Shown here piece by piece: positions 26,255-36,503 of a DNA stretch of 64,000 bases (positions are counted from its first letter, which is position 1; every line of letters begins with the position of its first letter). Origin of the DNA: Octopus sinensis (taxonomy: Eukaryota). The stretch lies in contig NC_042997.1 in assembly GCF_006345805.1 (NCBI RefSeq), positions 48,980,001 to 49,044,000 on the forward strand, given 5' to 3'. Under the pieces are notes generated by a model, which was not told the origin of the DNA, made no database searches, and saw only the letters and a program-made list of their open reading frames with translations. The position numbers were made by a program, and so were the translations under genes.

Positions 26255-26606
26255 TGAATGTATTATAAATAAACAACGACCCTGCCTCGCTTAAGCCGAT
26301 CAGCTAACTGATCAACATCAACGAATATGTTCAATAAGAAATAATTATTTTCGAAATTTTTTCTCTTATGAGGTTTTTACGCTATCTACCTGACAATTTC
26401 TTGTTAAGTTTTCCTTATTAAGTAGTTGTCCTTATTGCTAAATTTTTATTCCGAAAAAACTTTTCCTCTCCCGAAATGCAATTCGTAAAAGTTTGCCATT
26501 TACCCGGATTAATATATATAAACTCAACCATGTGCTTCGTTGATGTTGATCAGTTAGCTGATCGGCTTAAGCGAGGCAGGGTCGTTGTTTATTTATAATA
26601 CATTCA

Positions 26607-26652
26607 GGCCTGCTGATGATTACGTAAGTATGAAATCACTGTGATACAGGTC
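26607..26652 (+). ncRNA. Type I hammerhead, canonical CUGAUGA/GAAA core
   Basis: GGCCTG CTGATGA T TAC gtaa GTA T GAAA TCAC T GTGA TA CAGGTC; AUA site after 26646. Confidence 0.85.
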
Positions 26653-27083
26653 TATATTTTTAAATGTCTTACTTTGAAAAATTGCATTCGGTGGGATTAG
26701 TAATATTTTTGGTAGAAATGACTGATTGTCCCTCTTAGCGTTTGGCATGTATGTAGAATGCCTCCTGGCATGTATGTATAATGCCCTCTATATTAAATTA
26801 AATGTTCAATAAGAAATAATTATTTTCGAAATTTTTTCTCTTATGAGGTTTTTACGCTATCTACCTGACAATTTCTTGTTAAGTTTTCCTTATTAAGTAG
26901 TTGTCCTTAATTGCTAAATTTTTATTCCGAAAAAACTTTTCCTCTCCCGAAATGCAATTCGTAAAAGTTTGCCATTTACCCGGATGTAATATATATAAAC
27001 TCACCCATGTGCTTCGTTGATGTTGATCAGTTAGCTGATCGGCTTAAGCGAGGCAGGGTCGTTGTTTATTTATAATACATTCA

Positions 27084-27129
27084 GGCCTGCTGATGATTAC
27101 GTAAGTATGAAATCACTGTGATACAGGTC
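27084..27129 (+). ncRNA. Type I hammerhead, canonical core
   Basis: Identical to 26607-26652; site after 27123, 477 nt from the previous site. Confidence 0.85.
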
Positions 27130-28131
27130 TATATTTTTAAATGTCTTACTTTGAAAAATTGCATTCGGTGGGATTAGTAATATTTTTGGTAGAAATGACT
27201 GATTGTCCCTCTTAGCGTTTGGCATGTATGTAGAATGCCTCCTGGCATGTATGTATAATGCCCTCTATATATAAATTAATATGTTCAATAAGAAATAATT
27301 ATTTTCGAAATTTTTTCTCTTATGAGGTTTTTACGCTATCTACCTGACAATTTCTTGTTAAGTTTTCCTTATTAAGTAGTTGTCCTTAATTGCTAAATTT
27401 TTATATATATATATATACTTTATGGACGGTAAAAGTCTCATAAAATGTGATATCCAACCAGTTTTCGCTATTTAAATTACCTTTCAAGGGGCATTGTGAA
27501 GTAATAATTCCTTGAGACAAGGAATCATGCCATTTTGGATTTCTTGAGAAATAAAAATAAATAGAGAGAGTGGATAAAGGGAGGCAACAGGTGGAAAGGG
27601 GGACAATTACCTCCTCAGCAATATTGAATAGTGGTAAATAAATTTTATTTTCAAATAGCAATTTTCGTATTAATACAATTAGCATAAAGTGTTAGATCTA
27701 GAATTCATATTTTAGTAAGTTAAGTATGACATGAGAGGTAATCTCTACAGGAAATGTGAAAAAAATAATAATAATTGCAATTTTGAATAATCATGAGATA
27801 GAAAATTGAAATTGTAATGTACAAAAAGTCTCTTTCAGTTTATAATATATACTAGAAGTATGTTTATCTGTACATTTGTGTGTAATTTAAAATACTAGTT
27901 CCACATTTTGTCAATATTGAATTATTATAGACAAAGGAAAAATCCTTGGTCAATATAATATAATATAAATTAATAAAAGACAAAGAAATATGTGTATATA
28001 TATATTGGCCAATGAAATGAGTGAAAGTGTTACAATTCAGGTTCACATTTTGAGTTTTTTTTTTTTTCTATTTTTAAGGACCAGATGGCCAAGTTTATAT
28101 ATTAAGGTGTGGTCCGTACTTTTGTATAAAC

Positions 28132-28179
28132 GATGTCCCTTGAAAAGCTAATTTAAATAGCGAAAACCAGTTGGATATC
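28132..28179 (+). ncRNA. Hammerhead-like scaffold with non-canonical core (mirror copy 27449-27495 on minus)
   Basis: GATGTCC CTTGAAAA GCTA atttaaa TAGC GAAA ACCAG TT GGATATC. Confidence 0.4.
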
Positions 28180-28329
28180 AATACGTTTTATGAGACTTTT
28201 ACCGTCCATAAAATATATACTTTTTTTATAAAAAGATATTAAAACTATGTGAAATGAAGGCATATTTCTCCCCCTTTTTTATGCTTTACACATATTTTCA
28301 CTATATATTTATATATATATATATATATA

Positions 28330-28545
28330 CTTTATTTAAAGCAGCAGAAAATTCAACAAAATCTGTTACTCTTAGTTTCTCGTTGCCGTTCATCGGACAG
28401 TTTTTGCTGTCCGATGAACGGCAACGGGAAACTCAGAGTAACAGATTTTGTTAAATTTTCTGCTGCTTTAAATAAAGCATATTACTCTACCACTGGTATT
28501 TGAGTACTCTTTTTTCCACCTTGTTTCACATATATGTGTTTACTC
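28330..28545. mobile_element. Palindromic PLE-like element with two inverted hammerheads (28363-28400 minus, 28407-28444 plus)
   Basis: Hairpin 28330-28477; plus arm CTGT CCGATGA A CG gcaa CG G GAAA CTC A GAG TA ACAG; homolog at 62237-62465. Confidence 0.75.
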
Positions 28546-28546
28546 C

Positions 28547-28578
<32 letters not shown>

Positions 28579-28744
28579 TTCGTTTTTGGACTTGGTTTTC
28601 AAGATTCTTTATGTGAGTTTGTGTGTTAAAGCATATATTGTTATGCCTGTGGAGGGTCATTCTCTTTTAGTGCCTTATTATTTAACACACTTGCAAGTAA
28701 AGTTTCCACTCATTTATTTATTTTTCCTAAAACCTTTTCAATAG

Positions 28745-28958
28745 GTTGACTCTGTCCGTTATCCGAGCTGCGTTCTTTTTGTTTGTGCGCATGTGTGTGG
28801 GTCAGTGTATGTGCGCATACACATGTATGTATGTATGCATGTAAGTGTGTTTATGCATGTAACTGGATGTGTGCGAGTATGTATATATGTACGTGTGTAC
28901 GTTTGTATGTATGTATTCTGCATAATCATGTGTTTCTGTGTTTTTATATGTGTGTTTG

Positions 28959-28996
<38 letters not shown>

Positions 28997-30398
28997 TACC
29001 TCTGTCCCTTGTGTGTGCATGTCTGAGTGTGCCTATGTATGGGTTTTTGTGACTATATAATGTGTCTGTATGCATGGATGCGGGTCTTCTGAAACTCATA
29101 GCTTCGAAATATGTTGTTCACAAGAACTCAGCTTCGTCACTCAACGTGAAAATTAACATAATTGATAGCAGACTTAGGATACTGAGAAACGTGTTCCCAC
29201 TATGCAAACCCTATGAAACGAAGAAAAATGTACAGAACTTCATGCAATTCTCTGAATATAATCAGAAAGAAAGGGTTCGAGTATACAGAAGTTAGATACC
29301 ATTATATGTAATGAGACCAATGATACCTGCCATAGATATAGAAGTAAAGACTGGAATAGAATGCAAAGAGCTTGTGACAAAGCAAACAGGGTAGTATAAA
29401 AGTAGTATAAAACCGACAAATATCACTGGCCCGTAGATTTAGGAAAGCTCTGAATGAGACCAAACTCAACATTAAGATTATTGAAAAGCCAGGGAACTCC
29501 AACAGATCACAGCTATGTAGGACGCACCCCTTTGAGAACACCATATGCACCAATGATAACTGTATGGTATGTAGGATTAATCCTGGCATTAACTGTAGAA
29601 CTAGAAATGTAGTCTACAGCGTAATTGCATAGAAGGTGCTTGTAAAGACATGAACATGACATACGAGGAGAGACATCTAGGAGCATTGTGGAAAGACTAA
29701 ATGAACATTTGAGACAATATGAGAACAAAAAAACAGTCTTCCATACTCTACCAACGTGCCAAGGACCAACATGGGGGCAACCTGGGTCAACTTGACATCC
29801 GCATTTTATCCATGTACGCAAAGGACCCAAATCTCACACAAATACAGGAGTACGCCCTCATAAATGAAACCTCCCCAGTACTAAATAGGAGATATACGTA
29901 GTAGGTAATCATACCCCTATACCCTCAGTCATATTGATATACAGGTAGAATAGTTAATGGGCTGTAATGTAGATGTATGTATATGTGTGTATAGTATATG
30001 TATATGCACATGTATGTAGGCAAATGGATATGAATGTATATAGACAGACATACAAACGGATAGGTACATAGGTAATATGAACAGACAAGCACACGTACAC
30101 ATATACATGTGCAAATTAAGACTGAAACATATGACCATATACATACACACTTCACTTGACACAAAGACACATATGGAGACACACATCCATGCATAGAGAC
30201 ACAGTACAAAAGCCCATACACGGACACACTCAGACATGCACACACAAGGAGACGGGGGTAGGCACACACGTAAAAACACACAAACAGGAACACACAAACA
30301 CATAAATATGCAGAATACATACACACTTACATGCACGCATGCACACATACATACACACACACGCAAACATACATACATACATACATACATACATACAT

Positions 30399-30447
<49 letters not shown>

Positions 30448-30610
30448 TACATACATACATACATACATACATACATACATACATACATACATACATACAT
30501 TCATACATACATACATACATACATACATGTATATGCGCACATACATTGACCCACACACATGCGCAGAAGCAAACAAAAAGAAAGCAGCTCGGATAACGGA
30601 CAGAGTCAAC
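28745..30610 (+). mobile_element. Penelope-like element relic: GIY-YIG fragment between inverted pseudo-LTR copies
   Basis: 29530-29901 across frameshifts: CTNDNCMVC...NCRTRNVVY / CIEGAC...TY / GETSRSIVERLNEH; 28745-29080 is an inverted match of 30184-30610. Confidence 0.8.
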
Positions 30611-30622
30611 GACCAGACATAA

Positions 30623-30667
<45 letters not shown>

Positions 30668-30799
30668 AACACACATACATATGTATTCACATATACAGGA
30701 TGCGATGGATAAATTGTCGCCATTTTATATTTTTATTTTTGCGTATGTGCATTGTTTTTTTTTATTTTGTCGACTACACAATATGAAGCTCCAATATGA

Positions 30800-31620
30800 A
30801 CAATTCAGAGTGTCTGGGTGTCAGTCTGTGGACAATGCAGAGGTTTCGAAAAGCGTTGGATGAGTTTAGGTCATTACGAAGGTACAGCAACTCGGAAAAC
30901 TCACTCAGTAAAAAACCCTGGATTTGCTGGTGAAATCTAGGCAATGATTGACGACGAACCCTCCAAGTCAATGAGGGATAGGAGAGTGTCTGGGTTTCTT
31001 ATCAGACAGGTAGTGCATGAAGACATTCGGTAGTCCTCATACAGTATGAGAAAGGGCCAATTTTTACCCCAAGCCATCAAGGACAAATGGAAAGACCGCG
31101 CTACGAAGCTTTTAAACAAACTCGAGCATCCCCTCCAACCGAACATGCTTTGGTTTTTCTCAGAAGAGAAAACTTTCTTCCATGATCAACCGGCGAACAC
31201 GCCGCATCTCCAAAACATGTACCGAGGGTGATAAAAATCAAACATCCAGTCAACATCATAGTGTTTGGAGCGATCACTAGTGATGGTGACGTCATGCCTC
31301 CATTCATCTTCTCATACGGTCTCAGACTCAACACGGAGGCCCACATCAAGTGTCTGGGAGAGGTAGTGCTGCCTGGATCAAGAGGGTGGCTGCTGGAAGA
31401 CCCTATGTCTGGTAACAGGACTCGGTACCATGCTACACAAGCAGGAGAACCCAGTCATAGCTAACAAACAATTTCTGCGACCACATCACCCCTAGCATCT
31501 GGCCACCCGACTCCCCAGATTGCAGCCCTCTTGAGTATTGCGTGTGGGGCGCAGTTGAGTGAGAAACCAACAAAACTCCTGAAACTAAAGATGAACACCA
31601 AAGAAGCATCGAAAAATATG
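30800..31620 (+). pseudogene. Tc1/mariner maT (DD37D-type) transposase relic
   Basis: WFFSEEKTF, VFGAITSDG, W*QDSVPCYT, WPPDSPDCSPLEY; 37 residues between the second and third acidic positions; stops and deletions. Confidence 0.85.
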
Positions 31621-31999
31621 TAATTCTTCATCAAACAATGTATCTCGAGTGGTCTCCAGCAATAAATAATAGTTCATAATATACAGAGTTATAATCCTTT
31701 CGATGTAAAAAAAAAAAGAAAAAAGAAAAAAGAAAAATATAAAGCGAAAAGCTACCCGTGAGGTTTGAACCCTGGCCCCACTGTAACCAAAAGAATTGTG
31801 ATATCATTGCCCTAAATTAGTGCTTTGGTTTTCATTCATCCAAACTAGACATGTTTATCTTACAACCATGACATTTTGTTTACATTTAGAAAGTAACAAT
31901 AGAAGACATTGCTACATATATTTTAGAAAACGTTATTACAAAAGCATTAGAGAATATTTATTCTCCTAAAGAAATAGTAGTATAGCAAATAGCAAACAC

Positions 32000-32285
32000 G
32001 GGCATATGGTGTAGTGGTTAAGAGCGCGGGCTACTAACCCCAAGATTCCTAGTTCGATTCCAGGCAGTGAACTGAAATATTAATAATAATATTAATAATA
32101 ATAATAATAATAATAATAACAACAACAATAATATTGAAAATACCTTAGGAATGAGAACCCAGATCGAAGTTTTCCCAAGACACTTGATGAAGGACGGAGG
32201 GTATATCACCCTAAATATTGTGTTAACAACAAACAAAATGTGGACAAATATCCATCAAATGTAAATAATGTGAATAATGTAAATA
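32000..32285 (+). mobile_element. tRNA-headed SINE with (TAA)n spacer and decayed hammerhead (32180-32223)
   Basis: A box tggtgtagtgg 32007-32017, B box gttcgattcc 32052-32061; ACAC TTGATGA ... TAAA TA TT GTGT. Confidence 0.65.
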
Positions 32286-32959
32286 GCAACCAACTTAGCC
32301 ACGTGAAAATTTCTAAGCATTTTAAAGTTACAGAGCTAGATCAAGACTTGGCTAGGTCAAACAATCTCAATGAAACACGGCAATCTGGATTTCTTACTAT
32401 ACTCAAACGTAAAGAGAGAAGTACGATCAAAAGCAAATTTATCAAGAAAGGGATATGCAGAGATCTATCCGTCCCCTATAAATCAGCCCTTCCTCTCAGT
32501 ACCATGACCAAATACCTAGAAAGCAAACCATATTACAGGGACTTTAAATATACTAAGGTAACCTAAATCGGCCAATTAAGTGAATTTGGATACTTATATC
32601 GATGTATAATCAACTGAATTCTGTACGCAAAATGTCTTAATTCTGTATGCAAAATATCTTAATTCTATGCGCAAAATTCTGTATGCAAAATGTCTGACAA
32701 TCTAGAAAAGGGGTTAGATTTAAATGATTATGGCTTACCCAAAATTTCGTGGCCTTATATCAATATTAAAAATCATTATTTCCAGGATTCAGTCAGGTGT
32801 TAATGTATGTAAGACGGCGATACTTTCTACTATTCATATTTGCATATAAACTGCTTGTTTTTTGTTTTTGTTGTTGTTGTTTTACGTAGGTCTTTGGTGC
32901 GTCCCATCTGACACAACGTAAAATCGGAGAGAAACATTGTTCGATAAGTAATTTCTGTA

Positions 32960-33773
32960 GGTGCAGTTGATATTAGAAGAAACGACGAAGAAGAAGAAGA
33001 AGAAGAAGAAGAAGAAGAAGGAAGAGAAGTAGGAGGAGGAGAGCATGATTAGTAGCAACGATGATGATGACGACGACGGCGATGATGATGATGATGATGC
33101 CAATGATGATGAGGATGACGATGAAAATGATGATGATGATGATAATGATGATAGGAGATGATAGTGGTAATGGTAGTGGTGGTAATGATGGTGGTGGTGG
33201 TGTTGGTGGTGGTGAGGATCATTGTGGTGATGGTGACGGTGATAGCGGCGGTGGAAGCGAGATGTAGGAGAAGGAAGGATATAGAAGAAAAGAGGAACAT
33301 GAAAAGATGAGAGGAGCGGAATGAGATTTGGGTGAAACAGAAATAACAAAGAAAAAAAATACACAACACAAAAAAAGGACAAAGAAAAACAAAGAAGAAC
33401 AAAAAAAAATCATTAAGAAAAGATAGACAAAATCTGATTTACTACTACTACTACTACTACTACACATCCGTCTTCCAACTACAAATACGAGAGACATCAA
33501 CGACTTAAATAATGCGACTGAAAGAATCTGTAGTGTTCGCTAAATGAGATGTGGCGGGATGGCGGGGGTGGGGGAGGGCGAGATTCAGTCATAACTTAGG
33601 ACAGATTAAGCTTGAGATAATAAACGTTATAAAAGACAGAAGAAACACAGAATACGCCATGTTTGTTTTTTCTATTACTTTTGTTGTTCATGTTGTTTTT
33701 GTTCTTTTTTTTTATTTGCTAACGTTTTGTATCATTCTTTCGTGTGTGGGCCTGATTTGCATTTTCTTTGATA

Positions 33774-33846
<73 letters not shown>

Positions 33847-33953
33847 TATTATTATCATTATGATTATTATCATTATTATTATTATTATTACCATTATTAT
33901 TATCATTATGATTATTATTATTATTATTGTTATTATTATCATTATTATTATTA

Positions 33954-33999
<46 letters not shown>

Positions 34000-34250
34000 T
34001 ATTATTATTATTATTATGATTATTATTATTATTATTATTACCATTGTTATTATTATTATTATTACCATTATCATTATTATTATTGTTGTTGTTGTTGTTG
34101 TTGTTATTGTTATTGTTATTATTACCTTCGATTAGCTCAAATATCCTAGCTACAAGGAAGAAGGAAGTCAAGACTATGGAGAGTCAGTTACATTGAAGAA
34201 AAGAGTAGCAATAACTACGAGCAGCAGCAGCAACAACAACAGCAACAACA
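32960..34250. repeat. Trinucleotide microsatellite field (GAA, GAT, GGT, CTA, ATT, CAA)
   Basis: Direct reading; explains the low-complexity ORFs here. Confidence 0.9.
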
Positions 34251-34954
34251 ATAAATTAATAAATATATAAGCAATACTATAAATATTGGTTTATTGAGCA
34301 GACGGCACATATTACCATCTTTATAGCTTTATGGCATGCCTCACAGCAAGGAATAAGTCGTAAACTATATTTCATTAAATAATTTTCCTTGGTAACGGAA
34401 ACTGAAGGAATACAGTTTTGTTGGCATGACATGTCGGGTAATTTACTTCTTTAGTTTGTTTGGGATGTTTTCTTTTTTCTTTTTTCTTTTGCTTTTTTTT
34501 TGTTGTTTTTGTCTTCCTCTCTTCCTTCTCTTCTATGTCTCCTCTTTTTTCTTTTTTATTTCCCTCTCCTTCTCTTTTTCTCTGCCCCCATCACTACTAC
34601 TTCTACCATCTTTATTTAATTTTTTTTCGGTACCGCTACTCATGACTGCTCTAGTCCTACAGTTTCGTTTCTCGCTTTCTTTTTCTTCTTCATCATCACC
34701 ATCATCATCATCCCCATCATCATCATCATCATCATCAGTATCATCATCATCATCATTGTCATCATAATCATCATCATCACCGTCATCATTGTGGTCATTT
34801 GTCTTCGTTTTCTTTTCCGAGCTAAAGAGGCCGGTTTTAGTTGCATCTAATACACATTCATGCTCTTGCTACTCTCAGATATTTCTCTTCGCTCTCACAT
34901 ATATGGGACAAAATGATACAAACATACATACATACATATATATATATATATATT

Positions 34955-34992
<38 letters not shown>

Positions 34993-35114
34993 TGTATGTA
35001 TATAATTTTTTATAATTATAAGTATAATTATAATTAGGGTTCATCAAAAAATTTGATTCACCACATACCGACATTTAGAAATAGCAGTTAGAACTAGCTA
35101 TTTCTCTACCATAA

Positions 35115-35159
<45 letters not shown>

Positions 35160-35173
35160 CATGTGTCTATATA

Positions 35174-35247
<74 letters not shown>

Positions 35248-35303
35248 GCATATGTATATGCACACACATATACACACACATACATACATATAAGTATATA
35301 TAT

Positions 35304-35357
<54 letters not shown>

Positions 35358-35361
<4 letters not shown>

Positions 35362-35731
35362 TAATACGGTTAGAAATTGATATTAATCAATTAAAACCAG
35401 TGGCTTAGCATATTTTCAAAAATCCGAAGATTAAAAATTGTGTTACATACAAAATTTAGAGGAATGACCACTAAAGTGGACACCCTATATGCTAGACATA
35501 GACGTCAAATCGCCATTACCACGAAGAATGTGTTCTCAAGAAAAATCTCAGCAAAACGCCAAAATGTAAAACTAAGCAAGACAAATGAAAATATACGAAA
35601 TAAAAAACGATTACCTATGTACCGTTGGTTTCACTTGTTAATATTTTTCTTGAGAACACTTTCTTCGTGGTAATGGCGATTTGATGTCTATGTTTAGCAT
35701 ATAGGGTGTCCACTTTGATGATCATTCCTCT
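35358..35731. mobile_element. Foldback element, same family as 9127-9398, with an ~90-bp spacer
   Basis: Arms 35458-35555 and 35644-35731. Confidence 0.8.
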
Positions 35732-36503
35732 TATTTATATATTGTCTAAGATGGCGGCCTCTGATCAACATGTGCTTTTTAAGCTCCTACAAAATCGCCG
35801 AAAAATTTCAGAAAAACTGCGAACGTTATTATAAATAAAACTCAAAAATCCTTGAATGTCTTCCTGAATGACTAAGTATTGACTTGAGGAAATATAAAGT
35901 GAAATATATTAATCAGGAAGAATCTTTTGCGAATGTAGTAATTATAAACAGTGCAAATAATGGATTTTAGGAAATTTACGAAATTTTCAGGATTAACTGC
36001 GATCTTCGATCGGAACAAAAGAATAAAATAAAATAAAATCGTCATCTGAATAAAATTTGAATGAAAGCGTAACAAGACATATTTAAAGAAATAGAAAAAC
36101 TATCTGAAAAATATAGGAGGAAAGAACAGAAAATATATACACGTATACAGCACATGGTATCGCTTTAACTTGAAGAGAAGTCCGAAATCTCCCACTGCCT
36201 TGGAAATACCCATCTCTTTAGAAAAACTAGATAAGCATCTGTATATATATTTATATATACATTCCTTGGATATTGGAACAGTACCTTTAATGACTCTACA
36301 AAATGAAAATAACTGTGTCTCCTTGCCGTGAATCTGTGTCACCATGTGTAGCAACCACGATCGAAAACACGCCAACCTACTTCGTCATGATTTCTGTGAG
36401 TACATGCTTAGTTCTAGAAAAACCATACACACAGTTTTATTTATCAGCACGCACCGCACACAAATATATACACAAAGCGAATCTAAATCATACTTTCTTC
36501 TTC

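Larger units (their letters stand above)
25591..27402. repeat. ~477-bp hammerhead-bearing tandem repeat in head-to-head arrangement (retrozyme-like)
   Basis: Minus-sense units 25591-26060 and 26061-26325 (partial); plus-sense units from 26325, ~26802 and ~27279 (partial). Confidence 0.9.
25505..28302. mobile_element. Foldback element with ~170-bp inverted arms; left arm split by the HHR array
   Basis: 25505-25576 is the inverted match of 28228-28302; 27419-27497 is the inverted match of 28130-28212. Confidence 0.65.

Noticed and set aside
25591-27402. CRISPR array or centromeric satellite
   Set aside because: No repeat-spacer alternation; the array is short and eukaryotic, and a ribozyme-bearing retro-repeat explains it better.
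27419-28212. Tc1/mariner MITE with TA target duplication
   Set aside because: The inverted match extends beyond these limits once the array is removed, and the arms have hammerhead-like architecture.
32000-32070. tRNA gene
   Set aside because: A and B boxes are present, but the acceptor and T stems do not pair and it runs into (TAA)n; it is a SINE head.
32240-32566. 108-aa ORF
   Set aside because: It starts in the SINE tail repeat and has no recognisable motif.
35644-35690. Hammerhead variant in foldback arms (CTTGAGAA CAC...GTG GTAA)
   Set aside because: No stem I, and GTAA instead of GAAA.
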